From positions 6,314,201 to 6,378,200 of the forward strand of contig NC_092670.1 of the NCBI RefSeq assembly GCF_964355755.1: 64,000 nucleotides of DNA. Direction: 5' to 3'. A program made the position numbers and the translations under genes. Shown one piece after another: positions 11,801 to 22,700 of this stretch (positions are counted from its first letter, which is position 1; each line of letters begins with the position of its first letter). Source of the stretch: Antedon mediterranea. Lineage: Eukaryota; Animalia; Echinodermata. Below the pieces are notes generated by a model, which was not told where the DNA came from, searched no databases, and saw only the letters and a program-made list of their open reading frames with translations.

Positions 11801-14800
11801 GCTTTTGGTAAACACATAGTGTACAATATGCTGCTTGTTGCATGCTTGAAAATCTAAAACCCAATAAAAATATTATTTTCAAATATTGCTGGACTTGATT
11901 ACGAAAATGCTAAAAATATCATTAACTGTAGTGCATTAAAAATGATAAAGCTTTTCATTGACTCGCTGATAACAAAAATAAGCAATATGAAGGGATTATT
12001 AATAACTATTATAAAGTATTAGTCCATATGGCGCATGTACAGTTTACGCTCATACATTATCAGACAGTCTAATTCATTAAAACAAAACAATACTCCCATT
12101 ATTTTTAATTCCGCAGCTGCGATTCAATAATTTGATATCAATAGATTTCATACTTAAATTGACTATAAATATCTAAATTTAGATGTACAGTATTAGATGC
12201 AGGTTTTAAGAAAATTGTCTCTTTTGTTTTCGATTTTGTAATGTTAAACTCTAGATAATTTAAAAAAAATATATATTTGAAATGTGTTTTTGAGAGGAGC
12301 TGGTGTCTATCCCTCTATTGGTGCCAATGGTCTCAAAGTTTTTCTAGAAGTATGCCTTGTATTGTAAAGTTTAATATAATAATAATAAATAATCCTGCAA
12401 CCAAATGTATTCTCCTTTTATTCCTGAAGTAATAAATTACTGTGTCTATAAATATAAGCCATTTTTTAAAATGTGTTTAATCTCTAAATGAAAATTGTAG
12501 TCATTTTATAAATTAACCGGCTGTTGGTCTTATTAACGTATTTTATTAACTCTACAACAACAATGGAAAAAAAAAAATGACATCTCTGTTTTGCTATAGA
12601 TGCAATGTACAATACATGGCTGAAATTAAAAGAACATTTCGACATTCAAAATTGCTTGCTAGTAACGATTATCCTAGTTATATTTCATTCTACATTTTCT
12701 GTAAGCTTTTAAATTAACACAGATTCTTTTTTGTACTAAAACAAAGAGTGATGCATTCATTAAAATAGATTTAGCAATTAGTTGTCAACTTTAGAACTAA
12801 CACACATTTGACCTACTTTTGGACATACTGTGTGATTAACACTGTACATCTATGGAATTCCAAATGATATGTAACCTATACTGGGTATGACATTTTGATA
12901 GTAATTTATGTTATTTCTAGTAAACGTGATGGTTTTACTAAAAATTTATTTCATTGATTTGAATTAGCAATTTTATCATCTTAAAGCTTTATTTATAGAT
13001 TTCCTGTGGCTTTAATTATATGAAAGAAGTATAAAGACAAAATCACAAAATCAAAATTTAAAGATACTACTCTACTCTACTGTACCTACCAAGATTTTAA
13101 TAAAAAACTACTCTGTTTAAATTACCAATCTTAACAGAAAAAAGTACAGTAATTACTTCTCAAATAAGCAACTGCAAAATATTGAAAACGTCAGGGTTGT
13201 ATAGGCGTGGTTTGTCCAGTTGAGTGTGGGGTTTGCGGGGTCGGTAATTATTTACAGAAGGCTAATTTTTTGGTACCATGTAATTGTAAGGTAGGGTCCT
13301 GGTAAGAAACAGCGGTAATAAAAATATACACTGAGTAGAATCTATTTACACAAACCGCCTGTACATTCTAGGCCGTCGATCATTCACTGACTATCGGGCG
13401 GCATACACGCTCTCGATATCATCGTCGTGTGTATGTGACGTCGTGAATATAATGTACATGCGTTTTTTTACGCTCGGGATAGATACAGATTCTATGTGGG
13501 ACAAACTAAACATCTGTGTAAATTGGCCTTAAAATGGACCTGAAATGGAATTTCGATTTTCAAGAAATTCACACATGTTATTTAAATGTATCAAATTAAC
13601 ACAAACCCATACAAATAAAAACAAAATGTATAGTATTTTGAGTAAAAACGAAATTTTAAGATACCATGGTAAATTAGCGAAAATTACTCACGCCATTGCA
13701 ATATTCTATTTCATCGGCCGTCGGAAGCCTCTATATTCACGACGTCACATACACACGACGATGATATCGAGAGCGTGTATGCCGCCCGATAGTCAGTGAA
13801 TGATCGACGGCCTGGAAAGATACGCGAAGCGTTGACACTAATACTAATTTATTCAATATCTAATGTACTTCGTTTGTTCTAAAACCCGAATTTAGAAGGC
13901 CTACCTCCCAAACCTTTACTAGGCCTAGGCCCCCAATCCAGTGCGCGGAGTCGATCCACCACCCACATCATGCGGCGAGGCTCCGTTTCATGTGCATCCA
14001 AGGACCAAAGCGATATCAAAAACTTGCTGCGCTCATTGTCAAGCCAAAGTAAAATATGAATAAAATTCGTTTTCGAACTGCCTGATTCGTGACAAATAAA
14101 TTATCATCTCATATTACTAATTTAATTCTGCTAAACTAAAAACTAAAGAAACTAACACATTTTAGCAGTATAAATTACGAACGATACAAAATACACGAAC
14201 GGAAAATATGGATACGCATCATTGCGCACGGAGCTGTATCCCGGACAACGTTGCCAGGCCAACTTCGGTATTGCCAGAAAAAAACCGTTCATTTTAAGAT
14301 TTTAAATCGTCATTTACTCGATGAATAACCGTTTATATGGTAATAATTTTATCTAAAAAAATTCTAAATACGTTTCTGCAAATGCACAAGCATTTTTTAG
14401 AAAATACTCCATAGATTTCAAGAGTTATAGCCAAAAAACTGCAAATTGTCCATTGGAGGGATAGGAATATATTCGCAAAGTGACGTCACCCGCGAATTTT
14501 TTTGATTTTCAAATGGGGCTTTCCCCAAAAGGGCCAATTTATATTTTGTAACAATATACATTCTAGCAACACCTAATAGCCCCCAAAACATCATTCTAAA
14601 ATGAAAAAAATCGAAAATCCATTTCAGGTCCATTTTAAGACTTTAAACTAACTACTCTACTCTGTGATTCAAATAAATTCCATTAATTTTTTCAGGAAAA
14701 TCTCTACAATACAGTATTCAAATTATAGGTGTAAGACGCACAATTTAATAACTAATACAGAGCACCAGGGACACTTTTGGGACCAAACAATATGTTTCCC

Positions 14801-16316
14801 CTTAGGGTTGACCGTCCGTAATTGTAAAAATATTGACCCTGGTTCATTTCTCAGGAAAATATGACAATAACAGATACGTAAAAGGTCGTACTGTAAGTAA
14901 TACCTGAATGTATTTAAGCTTCTCTATGCTTATCGCCCAATAGAATTGAATGTAACACAATATTACTTTCATCATGAATAACATATGAGAACATTAATAA
15001 TATTATCATAAAACGTGTTTAAATCTAATCATGTAAATATGATCTAGTCACGGAAATTAACCAAGACCTGATCTTTTTCGTAATTATGTAAATTTATTAT
15101 ATATAATAACATATAGTTGGATCTTGATACTAACTGTACGTTACGTACAGTAGGCCTAATGCAATACTACCAATGGGATACGGCAACAGTGGGATTGATT
15201 ACATAATGAACATATTTTCAGCATGTTGAATCTATAACAGGAGTAAAAAGAGCAAAATGATCACGCATCATGATAAAGATCCGCCTTGTAGCTTTGACAT
15301 ACGGCCTAAAATTATTTAAATATTATAATAATAATATTTAATAAAAAGTAGTCCAAATTGGGATACTGGTCCTGATTGCCTTCAAAATGTAATGTAGTAG
15401 TTATGACCAAATACCTACTCTATCTGTGGTTTAGATTAGATTAGTTGGTAAAGATCCATCTTGTAGTTTTTATGTTATCCTGCTTTAACAACAGACAAAC
15501 ATCAAACATACAGTACACATACAGTACATACAAATATATCAATAACCTCCAAGGCGGAGGTAAAAATGGGTCATAAAAAATGAGTATAAAGCGTTATTTG
15601 TAATTTAACGTCTAAAACTGTAAAAGGTGTTGTGGTGACCTTACAGTACAGCATTTTCAAAGGGGTAGGGCTGGGGTAAAAATCCTTGACCGTCATCAAA
15701 CATCACGAACATAATGTTTATTAATGCTAGCCACTTTATGGTAATACACAATGGGTAGGTTTGGCCAGTATGTGTTCATTTTATGGCTAGTGGGTGTATC
15801 TGATATTTTGCAATATGGCAAGCGGACATCGATTATTATTGCGCAATATTTTTAATACACGAAATATGTAATGCGACAGAGGCCGTTATAGCAGCGTAAA
15901 CACTTTGACATCATTCTGTGACTCTCTCCCATATACCGCACTGTAGTACGGGCCGCCCCGCAGGGTCCGAAGCTCAAGTCTCTCTCACACAAATTTAAAT
16001 ATAGGCCTAGGCCTACAGTATAGCCTATAAGGCTATTAGTATAGTGCCCTCTTTTTTGTACGTATTTTGTGTACGGACCGTACGTTGTCATTGAAAATAT
16101 TGTGCAATAATTTAACGCCTGCTGGCCATAAAAATGAACACATACTGGCCAAACCTACCCAACCCTGTAGCAACTGTCACACACTGTATCATCAGACTTC
16201 TCAAGAACCACCTGTGTCACACAGGTGCCAGCCTCCTATTTATAATAGTATTTTGCATGTATTTTGCTGTGTTGTACCTACCTTTTATCAAGGCAGACTA
16301 TCCATTCGGCCACCAT
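2750..16316 (-). CDS. RAPGEF4: Rap guanine nucleotide exchange factor 4 (Epac2), 5' part: join of exons 16316-16282, 9104-8962, 6028-5940, 2896-2750; continues beyond the left edge
   Basis: Spliced translation [138 protein letters not shown] closely matches the recalled Epac2 N-terminal cNMP-binding domain. All introns are GT-AG with consistent phases. Confidence 0.93.
3800..4262. repeat. Degenerate minisatellite (unit about 30 bp, ttaagtagcactcaaaacttcaggtacaac-like)
   Basis: Repeated actcaaaacttcag / ttaagta motifs are visible. Confidence 0.8.
5645..5720 (+). mobile_element. 3' tail of a non-LTR retroelement or SINE (stem-loop plus A-rich tail)
   Basis: gagggccc...tcag...ctgga..gg.taccctc followed by an A-rich tail; a related copy lies at 62045-62132. 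Confidence 0.5.
5940..6028 (-). CDS. RAPGEF4: RAPGEF4 coding exon 3
   Basis: taaag|TA TAT CGA CAA GGA ... CAA AAG|gtatag; [19 protein letters not shown]. Confidence 0.93.
7029..7065 (+). ncRNA. Minimal type-I hammerhead-ribozyme motif in a Penelope-like/retrozyme-like repeat (family A)
   Basis: gca-CTGATGA-a-GGGC-tagtgtt-GCCC-GAAA-gt-TC-tgc; about 130 bp of downstream sequence is shared with the copy at 60715-60850. Confidence 0.6.
8962..9104 (-). CDS. RAPGEF4: RAPGEF4 coding exon 2
   Basis: ctgcag|A CCG TAT ... ACC T|gtaagt; [30 protein letters not shown]. Confidence 0.95.
10162..10342. mobile_element. PIF/Harbinger-like MITE
   Basis: TIR aggcctttcacacctgttccggcacgg / ccgtgccggaacagtgtgaaagacc with TWA flanks; related to 45500-45696. 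Confidence 0.7.
11323..11554. mobile_element. MITE
   Basis: TIR caaggcaatctaacatcaggacactgagctc / gagctcagcatcctgttgttagattgccttg. Confidence 0.7.
13533..14634. mobile_element. 1.1-kb non-autonomous TIR element with TTAA TSD (Kolobok-like)
   Basis: ttaa|aatggacctgaaatggaatttcgatttt ... aaaatcgaaaatccatttcaggtccatt|ttaa; TTAA TSD with purine termini. Confidence 0.75.
15470..15564 (+). mobile_element. 3' end of a small HINE/DINE-like repeat
   Basis: atcctgc...acagacaaac microsatellite-like stretch, then ataacctccaaggcggaggtaa hairpin; a similar end lies at about 31000-31083. Confidence 0.45.
15747..16167. mobile_element. MITE with long TIRs in RAPGEF4 intron 1 (Tc1/mariner-like ...CTG|TA end)
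   Basis: gggtaggtttggccagtatgtgttcattttt / aaaaatgaacacatactggccaaacctaccc. Confidence 0.7.
16282..16316 (-). CDS. RAPGEF4: RAPGEF4 coding exon 1 ([12 protein letters not shown])
   Basis: ATG GTG GCC GAA TGG ATA GTC TGC CTT GAT AAA AG|gtaggt; matches the EWIACLDKR motif of Epac2. Confidence 0.88.
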
Positions 16317-16779
16317 TTTTCCAACTGTAACTAAATCACCACATAAAACAGGTCAAATTGTGATCATTGCCATTCTAGTACTATTGTACGCTTCCTATTC
16401 GTTTTACAAACACGAATCATTCATTTTATGTGGAGACAGAACTGCCTTTTCTATCACGAGAGTATGTTTATGTTTTTATTTTTGATAATTTCCAAAATAT
16501 GATTACCCCCTCTATTTACATTATGAACTTTATTAGTCGTTATATCCAGCTTGTCATAGTAAAGCGTTACTGGATCGTCAAGGCCAAAAAACAAAACACC
16601 ACAAAATTATATTGAGGGCTCTCGTTCAATTAAAAGGAAGAAGACTGGTGGGTCAGTCACTTTTTAATTTCGTGTACAGAACGATAAAAATGACAGTTTT
16701 TGAGTATTTTAATAATGGATTACATATGGAAAATTAGTTATTTTTGTGTAAAATTTGAGAAATTATAACATCCGAGAGA
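16317..16779. promoter_or_regulatory. Putative bidirectional promoter and 5' UTRs between RAPGEF4 and SNX13
   Basis: 463 bp between the divergent ATGs; transcription start sites cannot be determined from sequence. Confidence 0.55.
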
Positions 16780-16782
16780 ATG
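16780..16782 (+). CDS. SNX13: SNX13 probable first coding exon (ATG only)
   Basis: gagagaATG|gtgagt is a perfect donor, phase 0 matching exon 2. An in-frame ATG at 22095 in exon 2 is an alternative start. Confidence 0.6.
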
Positions 16783-19700
16783 GTGAGTTACTACGTTTTA
16801 ATAACAGTTATGTCACAGTGTTGAATCTTAGCCTCCCCACCCACTTCATCAGCTGGCTGTTCCTTCTCTCTACAGCTGCTGGTGAGGAGCCGGAGTGTGG
16901 CCTGCTTTCAAGAAGTAGGCTTACGCCTAGGCCTAGTGCAATTTCATGAGTGTAGTTGGTACAGTAGCTTATAATTAATTAGGATAGCTAGTAATGTATA
17001 GTAGCTAGGCCTAAGTAAGTCTTAGTAAGGCCTACTAGAGAGTAGGGTTAGGCTAGCTAGTAGGAGACCTATGACATGTAGGCCGGCGTAGGTAGGCCTA
17101 CCTCTAGCCTAGGTTTAGTTAAGCCCTAGCCTAGTCAATATACTATACTATAGAGAGGTTACAGTACATTATAGAAGGCTAGTAGTAGGGAATGTAGAGA
17201 AACAGACAGTTGAGACCATGAACTAGGCCTATGCATATAATGATAATATCACGTCTCCTCTGGATATTTAATAAACTGTACAGACACACACAGGTCCTGG
17301 TACAGTACATTCGTTATGTTTTTGGACGCGCCCCTTCATCAATAATTATTGGAAAATGACATATTCATGACGCACCTCTCCCGGGGTCGTATAGTGGGTC
17401 ATACAATTGACAAAGTGCATAATATGTTTCACTACAGTATATATAAAGTACCAATCAATAATTGCTTGATCAATAGTTTTTCAACCAATGACGTAAAAAC
17501 CTCTATTTCATTTTTCTTATTGATTCTTATTTCATTCTATTAACACTTCATTAGCGAGATAGACACAGATATCCTTGAATTGACAGTATTTAACACTTAT
17601 AACCCATACAGTATTATTAAAGGTTAAATAAAAAAAAATATGTACTTGGTTTATGTCCAGGGATGCACTACCCTTGATTTTTTTGCATAACGTTTGATAA
17701 CATTTTCTTTTTCTTTTTACTAACACTAACAGAATACAAACCGTCTTAAAAAAAACCATGAACAAAAAACATTTTTTGGAATGGATCTAAAGATAGAATT
17801 TCACTTCCTTGCTGCTATTTAGCTGCTAATACTATTATTAGTGTTCTAGATTTTTCAAATTTTAAATAAAGATTGAAACTTTCAATATTCATGGATTGTT
17901 TGTAACATCATTTTATTGTTATTGCTGACAAACTGCTTAAACTTTTTTTGAAAACCAATTATTGATTGCCATAGTAATTAGTTTAAAATTTGGGTCACAA
18001 ATTCAGCCAAATAGGCTTTGGTATAGGAATAATGTTCATCACAACACTAACTACCAACCAGCAACAACATTTACACTTTATAAAAAAAATTAATTTTAAA
18101 AAGTAATAAATTTATATAATAAAAGGTTACAATTGGAGATGTTTAAATTAAAAATGTGTAAGTGTACAATACTAACTACTAAAGAATAGTGATAATCTAT
18201 GGTATGTTGAGTTTGTGCTAACTAATACAAAGAGGTAAGTTTTTGACATACAGGTAATACTGTAAACAGAAACTCTGTTATGTCTGTGCTAAAAGGCTTT
18301 AAATTTAATGTTAATTGTGGTTTTTTTTCAATACAGTAGTATTAGTAGGCCTACTGTTACTCAAAATTCCCGAGTTGTGTTTGAAGAATAAAGAGTAAAT
18401 ACTATAAAACTATAAACTGTAATGATTATTATTAGTATTGGGTTACTGTTAAAGTGATTTATTTAAACATTTTATAAATTTCCACTCTTATTTGAAATGA
18501 GATACTAATCTTTTTTAGTGTTTTACAATCCTATATTACTTGCACTTACTAGAGTAATAAAAGCAAGTTTCAATACAATTTATTAATTTATGCCTCCTTC
18601 CTTCTTCCCCAATGCACTTGATTACCTTGTCATACTGTACTGTAGTTCCAATGCATTAACTGTTATCTCATCTAGTTTTTATTAGGGAATTTAAGGACAC
18701 AATAGGGGGCTTTCGATTTTCTGCAAACAACCTACTGTAGGACCTAGCTAAACAGTACATTCAGATAGATAGATATATACCTTACAGTATACTGTACAAA
18801 TTCCTTTTATATAATCCAATATAATGGAAATTACAGCGCTCATATCTTGGCTTACCTTAAATAAATATAAAGGAAAAAAGAACTACTGTACAGTATCTTT
18901 TCTAAATTTTCATATCCCCTGGGTAAAACGAGTACTTGTAACGGTTTGCCTCCACATTCACTGTCCATAACTTCTAACGATAGAGTCGCTAATTTCGCCA
19001 TGTTGATGAATTCCAATATGGCATGGAAACATCAGCAAGAAAGAGTCAAGCGTTTGCACAGAACCTTCTCAATTCGGTCTTTATTCCCCTTACCTACACT
19101 GATATTCCCAGTCCAACATACAATATCTTCAAATACAGTAGACTGGGATACTGCATTTATTATACGCATGCAGAATGGGCTTCTACATGGTTTTGGTGTA
19201 TTCTCCTGTCGGATCCAGGCAAAAATCAATGACACAACATGCCTACAGTCCTAGCTCGTTGGCAGAGCGGTACATATGACAAAATATTATTGCTGATGTG
19301 ATTGCATGCCATATCTCATCTGTGCATTGCTAGTTTAATATTAACTGTACACATACTATTGCAGCTACAGTACTATAGAGCAACCATAAAGTATTTTTAT
19401 ACAAAACAACCTCAGATTACAGTATGTTTACATCATTACAGTATAGCACTGTACAGTACGACTACAAAATAATGCTGATCATTTGATAAATAGCATACAT
19501 TACTAATAATATGATCGTTCAAACCCTGTATATTGTATTTTTTATATTTGCAGTTTATTTTAGCTTACCTCAATAAACATTTGCCCTTACCGTATCTCAT
19601 AATATGATTTAATCAAATCTTTTGTTTGTACCAGCTCAATGAATTTCCACGAATAGAAGGATGAATACATTAAATAAAGTCTTACTACTAATAGAATTGA

Positions 19701-22700
19701 TTGTAAAACCAACATAATCAATGCACTGTTATTAAAACTAATCCAATAAACTGTTATAAAAATAAAGATTCACTGTATATTAAATTTAGATTGAATTTGT
19801 AATATATCATTATTACATTGCCTATGTAAATACATGAACGCCATTGGTTGAAATGCCATCACGTGAATATCGCTCAGAGGATCTTGTTATAGTTCTTTAA
19901 GCAGTATTATTTTGACTTGATGTTTGTGTCTGTAATTTTGTGTCCCTGTCATTAGATACAGTAGAATACTATATAAAATCCAGCGAATATTTTTCTCGCT
20001 AGTAATGTCTGTAGAAAACTGTACCGGCCCTGTGTGACGATATTTTATACTAGAAAAATGACCTTCAGTTCGGTAATTTTCATACAGTGTATTTGTCCAG
20101 GGATTGCATGGTGGTGGTATGGGGATACAGTAGTTGTTCTCTTGGGTTAGAAGGAATTAATTTTCCTACTGTAAGACTAGATGTATTAAACAGTATTGTC
20201 TGGAGAGTGAAATTGTCCAGTGGGTAAATCATTCAAACACATATTCCATTGAAACTACTGTATTAAATCATTGTAAACAAACTGCAGTCAGTGACTTAAG
20301 TCAATAGAAAAATGTTGGTGATCTTATTTTACTGAAAAAAAAGTACTGTACTGTACCTAGAAAGGATAAAAGACTTATTTTAAAAAGATGAATTATACTG
20401 TATACTGTACTACAGTAGCGATACATTTTAAACAAAGCTATCATTATTTTAAATATTATCGATCAAAGTATTGTATTAGTTAATATTTTACACAAAGCTA
20501 TCATCATTAATATTGATCAAAGTAAATTGTCTTTGTGAAAATATTGTTTTGTTATACTGTATTGCATAGCAATTCAATGTGAGACTAACTGTCTCTTCAG
20601 ATATTAAATGATAATGATGTTGATAATGGTAGAATGGTCATTGTGCATACAAATCACCTAATTATGCATACTATGCAGTCTCAAGTGCAGTGCCTGGATT
20701 CCAGAGTTTTGTATAGTAAAAGTAGTAAAGTACACAGTGCAAACTAGACATTATTAAGAGTACAAAAGTCTAGTTCAGACAAAAAAATATTATTACATAA
20801 TGCTACTGTACCTAATAGTGCTGTTAGTCTATTTAAGAGAACGTGGATAAATTTGTAATAGTTGCCTAAATAAAAACGAAATTGGAACAGGGTGAAAAAA
20901 AATTCTTTTGACATGCAGTAGGTGTTGACACTTTTGTCGAGACCTTATCCCATTTCAAAGAGTCGAGAGGATGACACAAAAACTATCATTAGTTATCATC
21001 ATTATTTTTAATTTTTCGATAATTAACCATGTACTGTACAGTACTGCACAGCATAATGTTCAATGGTATTGGTAAATCTCACTCAAACCAGCAGACAGTA
21101 CTGTATCTCAAACTTGACATTGGTAGTGATACTATATTACCTTACTGTACAGTAGTTTTTGACTTTTCAAACTACTGTATATTGGTTTCAAATGCACTGT
21201 GTAGTAGTAGTTAAAACTAGTAGCAGATGTGCAGTACATCTTGAAGAACGAATTTGTCAAAACTGTTGTATTTTATTCAAAGCTGAGAACAGAAAAACAC
21301 AGGGTTTAGTAACTGCCAATGTCAAGTTACCACATTGATCATATGATTTGAAAGGTCAACTGCAAGTCAGTTGCTTTTCCTTTATTTGATTACTTATGAC
21401 AAACTATGCTAAACAATGATCATCCTCTCTACTGTATGGTTAAGATCAGGAAAGTTTCTTTGAATAAAGCTGCAGATTCACCAAGGCCTTGATTCTGCTG
21501 CAAACAAATAACCGCTTATAAACTGTGTGAATAAACTAACCCCAATTTCTTTTCAGTTTCCAGTTAAGATTGCGGACTAAGATAATTACAGTACCTTTAC
21601 CTTTGCTGATAATATAGTGTTTTATTATAATACAGTAATGTAACACCCTGGATAATTTCACATTAAAGGCGTGTGGCTCAGTGTGCTGACTACTGATCAT
21701 GAGGTTGTGAGTTTGAATCCAATGCTTGTTACATTACTTGTATCCTTATGCAAGACACTTTACGTACGTTTATCTCTCTCCACCCAGGTGTATAAATTGG
21801 TACCGTACCTTGTATTGGTCAAAACACAATTGCGCTAAATTACTACAGTAGCTGTGTTATGGGCGTATGTTTCCATTGTTTGATCCAAAAAGAGTAGGGT
21901 AATAATGCGAAGAGTTTAGAAGCTTTGTGCATTGGGGCTATATGTGAACAAGTTTGAGAGTTAAATCCAATTATGCATCAGTTTCTCACTCTATACAATA
22001 CATTTGGATTTGTTTGTCGTTGTGGAAACTCATAATACAGTGAAATAAATGCTTGTTAATTTCTTGTTTACAGGGGCAGCAGCAAGCGTTGTTGATGTGG
22101 ACTGGTTTGGCTTTTGTGCTCTTTCTTCTAACGTTTGGCTTCTTGGCACCCATTCTCCTTCTGGCTTATATTGCAGCATTTATAGGAGGGTAAGTTTGTT
22201 TGAGATGGTACTGTAAAAGTGTAATGTTCAGATTACAATTTTTAAACTACAGTATGTTTAAAATTATTAAACTACTAAAAGGAACTTTCAATTTTGTGAA
22301 AACTTGAATACTGTAGGAAATGCACTGTAAGAAATCATATCAGTAGGTGCAGTACATACTATTCTCTCATTTAATTGCAAGTTTAGAAATTTGTTGTTCA
22401 GTTGTCTACAGTATTACGTGACTAGCTTACCTGGATGAACCGACATACGCCTTTTCCCATTCAAGAGGAGAACATAACCCTATAGTTTAACCCAATTTTG
22501 TTGATCCTAGATCACAGACATGCGCATTTCAACATTTGTTGATGTTTTAATGACAAATTTGAAATGAGTTTTCAAGATCCTAACTTCAGCCTTTGAAACC
22601 GAAAAAGCTCCCTCAAACTGGATTACATCTTTAATGATGCCATAGCGATATTCTCATACTGTAGGTACATCAGTAAATATACTAAAAAAGGCTGTTTTTT

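Noticed and set aside
18946-19254. Three overlapping ORFs in SNX13 intron 1
   Set aside because: No recognisable domain or splice context; could be a repeat fragment that I cannot classify
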